A DNA stretch of 64,000 nucleotides from Dehalococcoidia bacterium (GCA_963666115.2 CAXXET010000008.1:1-64000); one strand, 5' to 3'. Positions 1-15,000 are shown, numbered from the stretch's first letter. Translations and numbers: made by a program. Notes: a model not told the origin generated them from the sequence alone.

Positions 1-3000
1 TTCCACGGTTCGCCGTCACGTCGCCCGTCGCGTAGCTGGCCGTGATCGTGTCGCTCGTGTCGTTCAGTCCGACCAGCCCGCCCGCGTAGCCCTCATTCCC
101 GTTGTGCGACGCGACGGTCACGACGGCGCGGGAGTAGGTTGAGCGAATCGTGCCGTCGTTCCAGCCGACAAGCCCGCCCGCGTACGCCGTCTTGTCCGGG
201 CCTGTGCTTGTCACGTTCGCCGTCACCGCGCCCAGCGACCATGATTCGGTGATCGTGCCGCTGTTCTTGCCCGCCAGCGCGCCCGCGTACACCGCGTCGC
301 CCGTCGTGCTGCCGGTCACGGATGCGTCTGTGACCGCCACGTTGCTCACGGTCGCCGTGGAGCCGAGGACGCCAAACAGTCCCGCGTAGGAGGAGCCGCT
401 CGTGGACGACAGGTTCACGTGCAAATTGGTGATGGTGTACGGCCCGCCGTCGCCCGTCGCGTCCGTATCGTTGTTGCCGTCGAAATCGCCCGTATACGCC
501 GTCGTTCCGTCGCCAAGCGTCGTCCAGCCCGCGCCGCTGTTCCAGTACGCGTCGCCGTCGTTGGGCCCGCCGCTGTTGTTGGTATCGAAGTCAAGATTCG
601 CCCGCAGCTCGTAGCCCGTGCAGTCCGCGTTGCCCGTGTCCTGGTGCGTGGACGTGCCGGCGATGCCCTCGTTGCAGCCCATGTTGTCTTCCGCGTTCGG
701 GAACGCCGAGGTGTAATTCGACGAATTGGCAGAGACGGGATCGCCGTCGCCGTCCAGGTCCCACCGGATCGCGTTCAGTTGCGCCAGGCTGTTCACCTCG
801 ATCAGCCCGTCGTTGTCCGCGTCGTAGTCTGTCTTGCTGGTCGTCGTGCTCGCCACGTCCGACGGCGGCGCGTCGATCTCGCCCGTCCTGGTGCTGATGA
901 CGCGCACGTAGTACGTCGTGTTCGCCGTCAGCGCGGGCGTCGGATTGATGGTATAGGTCACCGAGGCGCCGGTCAGGGTCGTCGCCTCCGATGCGCCCGT
1001 CCACGCGGTTGACGACGTGCTGTTCCACTGGACCCTGTACCCCGTCGCGCCCGCCGCCACCGACCAGTCCACCCGGATCGTCGTGCCGTCCACCGTCAGC
1101 CGGACGTCCGCCGCCTTGGCCACGTTGTCGTCGTCGTTGACGGTGATGGTGACCGATGCCGTGGGCGAGAAGACCCTGCTGATGGCGTGCGAGTCGGCGC
1201 TCGTCGCGGCGAGGGAGATGCTGCGGGAATCGGGGCTGGTCTGGTTGACCGTATCGTCCACCGCCGTCAGCGTCACCGTTGCCGGCGATGCCGTCGTGGA
1301 GCCTGCGGCAAAGGTGACCGTCGTCGCGGAGAGCGTATGCGTGGCGCCGCTGCCCGTGACGGGAGTGGGCAGCGTCACCGTCACGTCGTCCTCCCAGGCG
1401 TGGCTGATGGACGGGGTGATGGTGGTCGTGTTGGAGCGGCTCAAACCCGTGTCCGCCCGCTCCCAGATGGAGTTGGCCGAGACCGTGAGGGTCACGGTGT
1501 TGCGCTGCTTGGTCAGCACGTGGCTGCCGTAGTCAAGCACGGGGTACTGGCTCGCCGTGCCGAAGTTCCACGGATCGTCGTTCCCCGCCGCGCCGTCCAC
1601 GTTCGCGTTCCAGTTGGCGTAGATGCTGCTGCCGTACGCCGTCGGCGTCTTCAATTCGCTGGTGGTCTTGCCCTCCGGCGCGTTGCTGTCCACGTCGTCC
1701 GCGATGCTTGAGGTCGTCGCGTCCCAATAGCTGTCCGTTATCGTGGTTCCGGTGGAGTTCGTGTAGCCCACAAGCCCGCCCGTGCGGTCCGTGGCGCCGG
1801 TGCCGCCGATGGCGTTGGCCGTGCCGGTGGAGTAGGAAGCCGTGATGCTTCCGGCCTGCAGGTGGCCGACCAGGCCGCCCGTGGTCAGGATGGCGGACGG
1901 GGATGATGTCTTGGTCTCGGCGGTGGCGTGGGAGTAGGTGGCCGTGACGCTCCCCGCGTTCTGGTAGCCCAGCAGGCCGCCGGCGTAGGGCGTCGGGCTG
2001 GTGGTTGACCTGCTGTCGGCGACGATGGCCCCGGCCGTGTAGGATGCGGCAATCGAGCCGCCGGTGTCCTGGTGGCCTGCGATGCCGCCGGCGTAGGCGG
2101 AGAGGCTGGCCGTCGTGCTCTTCTGCTCCGCCGTCACGTCCGCGCGGGAGTAGCTGCCGATGATGCTGCCCGTGTTCTGTCCCGCCAGGCCGCCCGCGTA
2201 GGCGTGTTTCTCATTGTTGTTGGCCGTGTTCTCGCTCTGGACGGCCTTCACCGCGCCCAGGACGTAGCCGCCCGTGATCGCGCCCGCGCTCGTGCCCGCG
2301 ATGCCGCCCGCGAACACGTCTGCGGGCGTGGACTCCGTGGCGTTGGTCGTCACAGTCACCGACACGCCCTCCAGGCGGAGGTTCTTGACCGCCGCGCCGC
2401 TGCCCAATTGGGCGAACAGTCCGGCATGGGCCACGGTCGTCGAGCCGCTGCGGTTGATATGCAGGTTGGAGATGACGTAGGACGTGCCGGCGCCGGTTCC
2501 GCCGTCGAAATCGCCCGTGTAGGCGCTGCTGGTCGTGCTCCCCGCCGTCGCGCCGATGGGCAGCCAGCCCTGGCCGCTGTTCCAGTACGCGTCTCCGCTG
2601 TTCGGGCCGCCGCTGCTGTTCGTGTCGAAGTCCAGGTCTGCCGCCAGTTCGTACCCGTCGCACGCCAGGTTGCCCGTGCCTGACTGGATCGTCACGACCC
2701 CTTCGTTGCAGCCCATGTTGTCTTCCGCGTTCGGGAACGCAGTGGTGTAATCGCTCGCGTTGCCGGACGCGGGGACGCCGTTCCCGTCCAAATCCCACCG
2801 CATCGCGTTCAACTGCGCCAGCGTCGTGATCTCGATCAGCCCGTCGTTGTCCGCGTCATAGTCCACCGTGTTCGCGCCGTGCGTCGTCGTGGCGACCACG
2901 TCCGATGGCGGCGCGTCGAGTTCGCTCGTCCTGGTGCTGATGACGCGGACGTAGTACTTCGTATTGGCCGTGAGCCCGCTCGTGATCTTGTGCGTGGTTG

Positions 3001-6000
3001 TGCTGCCGCTTGTGATAGTCGCCGTTCCGGTGGGAGTGGCCCAGCCGGCGGTTGTATTGGCAGTGGTCCACTGGACCGTGTAGCCCGTCGCGCCCGTCGC
3101 CGCCGTCCAGTCCACCTGGATATTCGTGCCGTTCACCGAGAGCTTGACGCCGGTGGCCTTTGACACGTTGTCATCATCGTTGATGGTGATGGTGGCGTTG
3201 GTAACCGTTACGGCGATGGCGTGGGAATCAGCCGAGGTTGTAGAGAGGGACACGCTCCGCGAGTCCGGGCTGGTCTGGTTGGTGCTGTCGTCCACCGCCG
3301 TCAGCGTCACCGTTCCGCTTGTTGACCCCGCCGTGATGGAAATAGTCGCGCTCCCCAGGGTGTACAGCCCGGAGACGGCGGCGGGCGGCGTGACGGTCAC
3401 GTCGTCCTCCCAGGCATGGCCGAGGGTGGCGGTGATGGTGGTCGCGTTGACGCGGCTCAGGCCCGTGTCCGCCCTCTCCCAGATGGTGGTCGGCGAGGCG
3501 GTGATGGTGAGAGTGTTGCGCTGCTTGGTCAGCACGTGGCTGCCGTAGTCCAGGACCGGGTACTGGCTCGCCGTGCCGAAGTCCCACGGGTCATCGTTCG
3601 CGCTGGTTCCGCCAACGTCCACGTCCCAGTTGGCGTAGATGCCCGTCTCCGTCGTTGGCGTCTGCAGCTCGCTGGTTGTCTTGCCCTCCGGCGCGGCGTT
3701 GCCGCTGTCGTCGGCGATGCCGGACGTGGCCGTGTCCCAATAGCTGTCCGAGATCGTTCCGGCGTTGCTGCCGGAGAACCCGCCCGTGGTGGCCGTGCCC
3801 GTGCTCTCCGCCGTCGCGGACTGCGCGCCCAGCGAGTAGCCGGCCGTAATGGTCGCGCCGGACGCGTTCTCCGCCACAAGCCCGCCCATGTCCGTGTTCA
3901 GGCCGACCGCCGTGCCGTCGCCGATGGCGTAGGACGCGGTGATGGTTCCCTTGTTGATCGCGGCCAACCCGCCCGTGTGGGAGTCGTTGGCGGCGGTGCC
4001 GGTGGTATCGGTTCCCCGGTTCGCCGTCACGCTGCCCGTCGCGTAGCTGGCCGTGATCGTGTCGCTCGTGTCGTTCAGTCCGACCAGGCCGCCCGCGTAC
4101 CCCTCATTCCCGTTGTGAGACGCGGCGGTCACGGCGGCGCGGGAGTAGGTTGAGCGGATCGTGCCGTCGTTCCAACCGGCCAGCCCGCCCGCGTGCGCCG
4201 TCTTGTCCGGGCCTGTGCTTGTCACGTTCGCCGTCACCGCGCCCAGCGACCACGACTCGGTTATCGTGCCGCTGTTCTTGCCCGCCAGCGCGCCCGCGTA
4301 TACCGCGTCCCCGGTCGTGGCGCCCGTCACGGACACGCCCGTCAACGCCGCGTTGCTCACGCTCGCCCCCGAGCCGAGGACGCCGAACAGTCCCGCGTAG
4401 GAGGAGCCGCTCGTGGACGACAGGTTCACGTGCAGGTTGGCGATGGTGTACGGCCCGCCATCGCCCGTCGAATCGCTGTCGTTATTGCCGTCGAAATCGC
4501 CCGTATACGCCGTCGTGCCGTCGCCGATGGGTGTCCAGCCCGCGCCGCTGTTGTAGTACGTGTCGTCCGTGCGGTCTCCCGCCGTCCCCGTGTCGAAGTC
4601 AAGATTCGCCCGCAGCTCATAGCCGTCGCAGGCGAGGTTGTTGGGGCCTGCCGCGATGCTTGCGACTCCCTCGTTGCAGCCCATGTTGACTTCCGCGTTC
4701 GGGAACGCCGTGGTGTAATCGCTCGCGTTGCCAGACGCGGCGACGCCGTTGCCGTCCAAATCCCACCGCATCGCGTTCAACTGCGCCAGCGTCGTGATCT
4801 CGATCAGCCCGTCGTTGTCCGCGTCATAGTCCACCGTGTTCGCGCCGTGCGTCGTCGTGTCCGCCACGTCCGAGGGCGGGGAATCGTCCACGCTGCTCTT
4901 TGTGGCGATGACGCGGACGTAGTACTGGGTGTTGGTCGTCAGCGCGGTTGTGGGGTTGATGACGTAGGTGACGGGCAGGGGGTTGCCGGAGACGGTTCCC
5001 TGCTGCGCTGCCGGGATGGTGCCCCAGCCGGAGTTCGCGGTGTTCCACTCCACCCGGTAGCCGGTGGGCGTGCCGGTGGTGGGCGCCGTCCAGTCCGCCT
5101 GGATCTTCGTCCCGTCCACGGACAGCTTCAGCCCCGTCGGCTTGCTGAACTCATCGTCGTTGGTGATGGTCAGCGTGGGAGGGCTTGTCCCGCTGCTGAC
5201 CCACGTGTCCGTCGTGGTGGTTGCGCCCACCTTCGCCGGGTGCGTGCTCAGGGACATCGTCTTGGTGTAGTCGGCTGCGATCGCCTTGTTGTTGACTGCC
5301 GTAAGCGTCTGCGTGCCGATCCGCGACCCCTCTGCGATGGTAATGTCGCTCACCGTGTACGCGGCGGTGTCCTGCGGAACTGCCACGGTCAGCGACGTGT
5401 TCCAGTCCGTGGTGGACTGTGCCGCAACCGTGGACGTTGTCGCGCCGCCCACGCTCTCATAGATGGTCGCGGGAGTCAGCGTCAACGATATGACGGGCCG
5501 CTGGGCCACGGGGCTCAGGGGGGAGTAGTCCAGCGCCGGGTATTGGTTGGCTGTGCCGAAGTCCCACGGCTGGTCGCCGCCGGTGGCTGCGTTGTTGTCA
5601 TTGTCCGCGTCATCGATGTCGATGTCCCATGCGGTAAAGATTGCTGTGCCGCTGTTGTTCGTCGTGCTGCTGTACGACGTGGGACCTTGAAGCTGCGACG
5701 TGGTCTTGGCAGTGCCCTCGCCCCTGTCCGTGCGCCCGTCGGTTTCGGAGTTGTAGTAGGACGCGGTGGTCGTGCCGGTGTTCTTGTAGCCGACCAGTCC
5801 GCCCGTGTTGGTCGTGGACTGGGAGACGGCCCCTGTGGCGAAGCTGTATTCGATATTCCCGCGTTGGTACCCAACGAGGCCGCCCTCATAGGCGGTGCCG
5901 GCGGAGGCCGTGACCCCGCCGCGGGCATAGCTGGCCCTGATGGTCGAGTTCGTGCTTGACTCCCCTGCCAGTCCGCCGGCCATGGCAAAGTCGCTGCTGG

Positions 6001-9000
6001 GAGCGGTGGCCGAGACCGCGCCGGCGGCGTAGCTGATGACCACGAGGGTTGCCGACGGGCTCGACGTTTTCTCGCCCACCGCGCCCAACAGCCCGCCCGC
6101 CATGGTCGTGGTGGTCGTGGCGCTCGACTCCTTGGCCACGGCCGTCACGTCCGCCCATGAATAGCTGGCCGCTATCGCGCTCCCTTCGGCGATGCCCGCG
6201 AGCCCGCCCGTGAACAGGTACTTGCTGCCGCCCGCGAACGTGGCGTCGGATGATATATCCCCCCGTCGTGTAGACGCCCGTGATCTCGTGCGTGCCTGCG
6301 ACCCTTGTGCCGCCCGTGTAAATCCTGCCCGCCAGCCCGCCGACGTAGACGTGTCCGCTGCTGGTGGTCGTCAGCGTGATGTCCACGTTCGTGACGCCCA
6401 GGTTTTGGATCGTCGCGTCCCTGGTGTAGCCGAAGAGCCCCGCGTAGCTGCCGGACGTGCGGTTGATGAACAGGTTGTCTATGGTGTATCCCCCGCCGTC
6501 GAATATGGCGGCGTAGAACGATGTGCCGCTCGTCCCGCCGATGGGGTTCCAGCCCAGCCCGCCGTTCCAGATGATGCCGTCCTCGCCGCTGTCCTTCGTG
6601 CCGGTTGCCGTTCAGGTCAACGTAGTCCAGGGCGCTGATCGTTTCGTCGCCGTTGGTATCGAAGTCCAGGTTGTTGGAGAGTTCGTAGCCCTCGCAAACC
6701 CGGTTGGCGGGGAGAGCCTCGTTCTCCTTGCAGCCCATCTTGTCATGAGCCGTCGGGAATGCCGCTTCGTAGTTGGTCCGATCGCCCGAGGCGACCACCC
6801 CGTTGCCGTCCAGGTCCCAGCGGATCGCGTTCAACTGCCTCAGCGTCGTGATCTCGATCAGCCCGTCGTCGTCCGCGTCGTAGTCCTTGCCGGGGCTGAT
6901 CGGGGTGGCGGTGGCCCATGCGCTGTCGTCATAGCCCGCCTTGGTGGCGGCCAGCCGGAAGTCGTACACCAAATTGTGGCTCAGGGAGCTTATCGTCGAG
7001 GGGCTGGTCGTATCGAACGCGGCGGTCCACGTGGTGGCGGTGGAGAGCTTGTATTCCAGCTTGTAGCCCGTGGCGCCGGTCACCGCAGGCCAGGTCACGG
7101 TGATGGACGTGTAGTTGGCCCCCTCGGTGAGGGTCATCACCGGAGTAGCCAGGGTGTCCTCGTCCTTGATGGTCACCGACGCGCTCGTGATCGTCACCCA
7201 GTTCTCCTGGGTCTCGCCTCCCACCGTCACCGCGAGGTCGGACGCGTCCGTCTTGTTGTTCACCGCCGTCAGCGTCGTCGTGCCGGTGGTGGACCCCGCC
7301 GCAATGGTGAGAGACGGCGCGCCCAGCGTGTACACGGCCAGGTCGGCGTCCAGCTCGATGCTCACCGCCACCTCCTGCGCCGGGCTCAGCGTCGCCGTCA
7401 GCGTCGTGGCAGTGCGGTTGTCGCTGCCGCAGGCGTACGTCACGTTGCTGACGCTGCCGTAGCCCTTGGCGCTTTCGCAGATAGTGGCGTGTGCAAACGT
7501 AACCGTCAGCGTCGCCCGCTGGTCGGCGGCCGTCAGCCCATAGTCGATGGCCGGATACTGGCTGGCCGTCCCGAAGTCCCAGGGATCGTCGCCGCCCGCC
7601 ACGCCGTCCAGGTTCAGGTTCCAGTTGGCATAGATGCTGCTGCCCGTGCCGTATGCCGTGGGCGTCTTCAACTCGCTGGTGGTCTTGCCTGTGCCCGTGC
7701 CCGTCGCGGTGATGCCGGATGTCTGCGTGTCCCAGTACGAGTCCGTGACCGTGGTGCCGGTCGCGTTCTTGTGTCCGGCCAGTCCGCCCGTGCGTTCCGT
7801 CGGGCTGCTGCCGCCGGAGAGTATGGCCGTTCCGGTGGAATAGGACGCGGTGATGCTTCCCGCCTGCAGCTCGCCCACCAGCCCGCCCGCGGTCAGCGTG
7901 GCCGTCGTGGCGGTGATCGAGGTCTTGGCCGTGGCGTGGGCGTGCGAGTAGGACGCCTCCACGCTGCCCGCGTTCTGGTAGCCCAGCAGTCCGCCCGCGT
8001 AGGACGTTGCCCCCGTCGCCGACCGGCTGTCGGCAACGATGTCGCCGGTGCTGAATGACGCCGCCATCGAGCCGCCCGTGTCCTGGTGGCCCGCGATGCC
8101 GCCGGCGGACGCCGCCAGGCTGGCCGTCGTGCTCTTCTGCTCCGCCGTCACGTCCGCTCGGGAGTAGTTGCCGGTGATGCCGCCCGCGTTCCAGCCAACA
8201 AGGCCGCCGGCGTAGGCGTTCTTTTCGTTGTTGTTGGCCGTGTTCTCGCTCTGGACGGCCTTCACCGCGCCCAGGACGTAGCTGCCCGTGATGCCGCCCG
8301 CGCTCTTGCCCGCGATGCCGCCTGCGAACACGTCGGCGGGCGTGGCCTGCGTGGCCTGCGTCGTCACCGTCACGGAGACGCCCTCCAGGCTGAGATTCTT
8401 GATCCTGGCCGCGCTGCCCAGCTCGGCGAACAGCCCGGCGTGGGCCACAGTCGTCGAGCCGCTCCGGTTGATGTACAGGCCGGAGATCGTGTAGGTCACG
8501 CCGTCGAACGTGCCGGTGTACGCGCTGCTGGTCGTGCTTCCCGCCGTCGCGCCGATGGGCAGCCAGCCCTGGCCGCCGTTCCAGTATGTGTCTCCGCTGT
8601 TCGGGCCGCCGCTGTTGTTCGTGTCGAAGTCCAGGCTGGCGGAGAGTTCGTACCCGTCGCACGCCAGGTTCCCCGTGCCTGACGAGATGACCGCGAACCC
8701 CTCGTTGCAGCCCATGTTGTCTTCCGCGTTCGGGAAGGCCGCAGTATAGCTCGACGCGTTGCCCGTCGAGGCCACGCCGTTCCCGTCCAAATCCCAGCGG
8801 ATCGCGTTCAACTGCGCCAGCGTGCTGACTTCGATCAGCCCGTCGTTGTCCGCGTCGTAGTCCACCGTGGCGGGGCTGGTGGCGTGCGTCTTCGTGTCCA
8901 CGACGGTCGAGGGCGGCGAGTTGTCGATCTTGGCGTCAGCCTCCGTTGCGATGACGCGGACGTAGTACCGCGTGTTCGCCGACAGCCCGCTTGTGATGCT

Positions 9001-12000
9001 GTGCGTGACCGTTGTGCCGCTTGTGATGGTCGCGGTGGACACGCTGCTCCAGTCCGTGCTTGACGTGCTCTGCCACTCCACGACGTAGCCGTCCGCGTTG
9101 GTCACCGCCGTCCAGTCCACCCGTATCTTCGTCCCGTCTACGGACAGCTTCACCCCCGTCGGCGCGGCCAGGGAATCGTCGTCGTTGATCGTGATGCTGG
9201 CATCCGTGCCCTTGTACGCCCACGCGGTATCCGCGGGGTGGGTCGCCTGCGTCAGCGTCACGGTGTTGTCGGCCGCGTCCACGAAGTTGTTCACCGCCGT
9301 CAGCGTCGCCGTTCCCGTCGTGGACCCGGCGGCGATGGTGATTGTCGTCGCGCTCATGGTGTACGCCGTGTCGGTGGGCAGGGTGACGATGATAGCCTTG
9401 TTCCACTCCCTGTCCAGCGTCGCCGTGACGGTTGAGGCGTTGACGCGCGCCGGGCTGGCGCTGGGAACCGCCCGCTCATAGATGGTGGCCGGGCTGACGC
9501 TCAGCGTCACCTTCAGCCGCTGGTCCGCCGCAACAAGCTCGCCGTGCTTCAGCGTTGGGTACTGGTGCGCCGTGCCGAAGTCCCAGCCGTCTTGCGTCCC
9601 CGATGTCACCGAGTCCAGGTCGATGTCCCAATCCTTGTAGATGTCGTTCGCGCCCGTGCCGTATGCCGTCGGCGTCTGGAGTTCGCTCGTCGTCTTGCCC
9701 GTCGCGCCGGTGGCAGCGCCCACGGCTGCGGCGCCGGTCGTGCCGGACGAGGCCGTGTCCCAGTAGAGGTTGGTAAAGGAGCCGCTGTTCAGCCCGACCA
9801 GTCCGCCCGCTCCCCCGGTCAGGGTTCCGGTCGTCGCCGTCGCCGTCGGCGCGCCGGTGGAGAACGAGGCGGTGATGGTATCGCTGGAAATCAACCCGCC
9901 CAGCAAGCCTCCCACGTAAGCGTTGCCGGTGTTGGAAATGGTTCCGGAAACGTCGCCGCGCGCGTAGCTGGCCTTGACGCCGCCCGTTCCGCCATGTTGT
10001 CCGATCAGCCCGCCCGCATAGACCGTGGGGCTGCTTGAGGCGACGACGCTTGCCGTGACCGCGCCGCCGGCGTAGCTCGCCGTCACCGCGCTCGTTCCCG
10101 CCGTTCCGCCAACCAGCCCCCCGGGCACGGCCCCCGGCCCGCTTGACGAGCTCTTCACGTGGCTTGTCACGTCCGCGAGAGAGTAGCTCGAAATGATCGA
10201 CGACGCGTTCGCGTGGCCCGCGAGCCCGCCCGCGTAGGCATTCTTGTCAGCGGCCGTGAAGGTGACGGGTTGGGTGGCCGATTCTCCGGCCCGCACCCGG
10301 CCCGTCGTGTAGCTGTCCTCGATGGTGACCCCCGAGGAGCCGAGACGCCCCGCCAGCCCGCCGGCGTACACGTCGGTCGCGGTGGAAACGTTCAGCGTCA
10401 CGTCCACGTTGGCCAGCGCCGCGTCCTCGAATGTCTCGCTGCTCCCGTTCAGATAGGCGAACAGTCCCGCGTAATTCCCCGTCGTCCGGTCGATGAACAA
10501 ATTGCTGATCGTGTACGGCCCGCCGTCGCCTGATGCGTCCGTGTCCGCGTTCCCGTCGAAAGCGCCCGTGTACGCCGTGACGCCGTACGGGCTGGCCGTC
10601 GCCATGCCGATGGGATTCCACCCCAGCCCGCCGTTCCAGTACGTGTCGCCGGTGTTGGGCCCGCCGCTGCTGTTCGTATCGAAGTCAAGATTCGCCCGCA
10701 GCTCGTACCCGTCGCACGCAAGGTTGCCGGTCCCTGCCGAGATGGTTGCAAACCCCTCGTTGCACCCCATGTTGTCTTCCGCGTTGGGGAAGGCCGCGGC
10801 ATAGTTCGACGCGTTGCCGGTGGAGGCCACGCCGTCCCCGTCCAAATCCCACCGGATCGCGTTCAACTGCGCCAGCGTCGTGATCTCGATCAGCCCGTCG
10901 TTGTCCGCGTCATAATCCACCGTCGCGTTCACGCCCGTCGCGTGCGTCTTCGCGTCGACCACCGTTGACGGGGCGGAATTGTCCACGCCCGCCGCGCTGG
11001 CCGTGGCGATCACCCGGACGTAGTACCGCGTATTCGCCGTCAGCCCGCTCGTGATGCTGTGCGTCACCGTGTTGCCGCTGCTGATGGTCGCAGAGGACGT
11101 GCTGCTCCAGTCCGTGCTTGACGTGCTGTTCCACTCCACAGTGTAGCCGCCGGCCCCCGTCACCACAGACCAGTCCACCCGGATCTTCGACCCGTCCACG
11201 GACAGCTTCACGCCTGCCGGCTTGAGCAGTGAATCATCGTCGTTGATCGTGATGCTGGCGTCCGTGCCTTTGTGCGCCCACGCGGTGTCCGCGGGGTTGT
11301 TGGCCTGCGTCAGGGCAACGGAGGCGTTCGCCGCGTCCACAAAGTTGTTCACCGCCGTCAGCGTCGCCGTTCCGGTCGTCGATCCCGCCGCGATCGTGAT
11401 GGTGGTCGGGCTCATCGTGTACGCCGCGTTCGTCGGCAGCGTCACAACCACGCTCTCGTTCCACGCCTTGTCCAGCGTCGCCGTCACCGTTGAGGAATTG
11501 ACCCGGCTCGGCGTGCTCAGCGCCCGCTCCCAGATCGTCGACGGGCTGACGCTCAGCGTCACCTTCAAACGCTGGTCTGCCGCGACAAGCTCGCCGTATT
11601 TCAATGTTGGGTACTGGTACGCCGTGCCGAAGTCCCACGGATCATCCCCGCCCGTCACACCGTCCAGGTTCAGGTTCCAGTTGGCGTAGTCGCCGCTGTA
11701 AGCAGTCGGCGTCTGCAGTTCGCTGGTTGTCTTGCCCGTGCCATAGGAGCCGCTGGATATGCCGGACGTCGTCGTGTCCCAATAAGAATCGGTGACTGAG
11801 CCGCTGCTCACGGACACCAGCCCGCCCGCTCCACCAAAAGTGATCGTTCCCGATGTGGCAGTCGCCGCCGGAACTCCCGTGGAATAGGATGCGGTGATGG
11901 TGTCGCTTGTTATGAATCCCACCAGCCCGCCGGCCATGGCAATGCCTGTCGAGGAGATGGTTGCGGAGACGTCGCCCCGGGCATAGCTGGCCATGATTCC

Positions 12001-15000
12001 GCCCGTGCCGCCATGGTTCCCTATCAGCCCTCCCGCATAGACCGTCGGCGAGCTTGAGGCTACGGAGCTTGCTGTCACTGTCCCGCCGGCATAGCTCGCC
12101 CTCACGAAAACGCCGCTGCTGGATCCACCGGTCTCGCCAACCAGGCCTCCGGCCACAGCCTTGGGGGAGCCCGACGAACTCGTCACGTGGCTCGTCACGT
12201 CGGCGAGGGAGTAGCTCGCAATGATCGCCGTCTCGTTCGTGTGGCCCACCAGGCCGCCCACGTAGGCGCCCTCGCTCGCGGCGGTGAAGGTGACGGGTTG
12301 AGAGGCCGATTCCCCGGCCCGCACCCGCCCCGTCGTGTAGCTGTCTATGATGCCTGCGCCCCCGGTGCCAAGGCGGCCCGCCAGCCCCCCGACGTAGACG
12401 CCGCTGCCTGTGGAAACGTTCAGGGTCACGTCCACGTTCACTAGCGCCACGTCCTCAATTGTCTCGCCTGCGCTGTCCGGATAGGCGAACAGCCCCGCGT
12501 AATTCCCCGTCGTCCGGTCGATGAACAGATTGGAGATCGTGTACGGCCCGCCGTCTCCCGTCGAGTCCGTGTCTGAGTTCCCGTCGAAGCTGCCCGTGTA
12601 CGCGCCGCCGCTCACGCCGCCGATGGGCTCCCACCCCGCGCCGCTGTTCCAGTACGTGTCGCCGGAGTCCGCGCCCGTCGGGTTCGCGCTGCTGGCCGTG
12701 CTGCTGTTGGTGTTGAAGTCCAGGTTCGCGCGCAGTTCATAGCCCGTGCAGCCGGCGGACGGGCAGCCCATGCTGTCCAGCGGATTGGGGAACACGGTTG
12801 CGTAGCCCGCGTTCGTTGAAGAGCCGTTGGCGTCCAGGTCCCAGCGCATCGCGTTCAACTGCGCGAGCGACGCGATCTCGATCAGCCCGTCGTCGTCCGT
12901 GTCGTAGTCGTTGCCGACGTTCTGTGAAATCTCCGTGGACGGATCGCCGTCCAGCACGCCCACCCTGGCGGCGATCACCTGAATGTAATAGACCTTGCCG
13001 GCGGCCATGCCGTCCGTGGTGGAGACGGTGAGCGTGGCCGTGCTTTGGCCCGTCGCCACCTTCTGCCGCGTGGGAGAGTAGTCCTGGGTGGACTCCCGCC
13101 ACTGTATCTTGTAGCGGTCCGCCCCCGTCACCGCCGTCCAGTTCACCGTCACGTTCGTGGCCACCGCCCACGAGCCGCTGACCCCGGTCACCTGCGCCAG
13201 CACAAGGCGCTGCGTCGCCGCATTGGCCGGCATCCCCGTGTACTTCAGCACGGGGTATTGGCTCGACGTGCCGAAGTCCCACGGATCGTCCGTTCCGGTG
13301 GACTGGTTGTTGTCATTGTCCGCGTTGTCGATATCGAGGTTCCACGCGGCGTAGATGCTGCTGCCCGTGCCGTACGCCGTCGGCGTCCGGAGCTCGCTGG
13401 TCGTCTTGCCCGTGCCTTGCCCCGTGGCGGTGATGCCGGATGTTGCCGTGTCCCAGTAGCTGTTGGTGGTGGTGCCGGACGTTCGGTTCCCCACCAGGCC
13501 GCCCTTGTTCTCCGTGCCGGAACTGGCGCTGCCCAGGGTGGTCACCGGCGCGCCGGTCGAGTAGGAGGCGGTGATGCTGCCGCCCGCCTGTTGGCCAACA
13601 AGCCCGCCTGCGGTCAGTGTCGGGTTGCTGAAGCTGCTGCTGTTTTCATTGGAAGCGGTGGGGACGGAATAGGAGTAGGACGCCGTGATGCTGCCCGCCT
13701 CGTGGTAGCCCACCAGCCCGCCCGCGTAGGGTTTGCCGCCGATGATAGCCGTGGTGGTGGCCGTCGCGGTGCCCGTGGAGTGTGCCGCCCATATGCTCCC
13801 GCTCTTGTTGTAGCCCACAAGCCCGCCCGCATAGGCAATGGAGTTGGCCTGCGTGTCCATCTGGTTGGCGATGATGTCGGCTGCGGCGGCGTAGGACGCC
13901 GAAATCGTCCCGCCGTCGTGGTAGCCCACAAGCCCGCCGACGGTCGGAGGCTGCGCGCTGCCGGTCGCGTCGGCGGACACGCCCCGGATGATCCCCGTGA
14001 CGGATACGCTCGTGATGGTTCCGGCGCTCCGGCCCGCCAGCCCGCCCGCGTACACGTGCGGCAAGGGATTGCCCGTGCTGGGGCCCTTGAAGTCCACCCA
14101 GACGTTCTCCAGCTTCAGGTTCCTCACCTTCGCCGCGCTGCCAAGGTCGCCGAACAGTCCCGCGTACTCATAGACCCTCTGGAGAACGCTCCCCACGGCG
14201 GCGTCTATCCTGCCCGTGCGGTTGATGTACATGTTGGAGATCGTGTACCCGCCGCCGTCGAACTCCCCCGTGAAGGCCTCGTTGTCGTTCGCGTGGCTCG
14301 TGCCCTCGTGGAAGTCGCCGATGGGCCGCCACCCCTTGCCGCTGTCCCAGTATGTGTCCCCGGAATCCGCCCTCCCGTTGGAGTTCGTGTCCATGTCCAG
14401 GTTCGCCGTCAGCTCGTACCCTTTGCAGCCGGTGGACGGGCAGCCCATGGTTGCCGCCGGCGTCGTAAACACGCCCGTGTAGCTGCTCGTGTGGTCGTAC
14501 TCCCCCGGATCCGTGTAGTCGTTGTCGTTGTTGGAATCGTAGGTGTCGCCCGCGCCGTTCCCGTCCAGGTCCCACCGCATCGCGTTCAGCTTCGCCAGGC
14601 TGTCCACCTCGATCAGCCCGTCGTTGTCCGTGTCGTAGTCCTTGCCCGGGCTTTGCGAAGCCTGCGTCCAGTTCGTGTCGTCGGACCCTGTCTTCTGCGC
14701 TTTCACGCGCACGTTGTAGACGAGGCTGGACGTCAGGCCGCTGATGGTGGTTCCGCCGTAGGCGGGACTGGAGACGTTGGTGACGTCCGCCGCCGTGCTC
14801 CAGGACCCCGTGGACAGCTTGTACTCCAGCACGTAGCCCGTCGACCCTGACACCGCCGGCCACGACGCCTGCAGCGAGGTGAAATTCGTCCGCTTGGCCA
14901 GCGTCAGTGACGTCGGCGCGGTTATGTCGTCATCGTCGCGGATGATCACGCTCGGGGCCGTCACCCCGGCGGAAAAGCGTACGTCGCTCGCGGTGATGCC

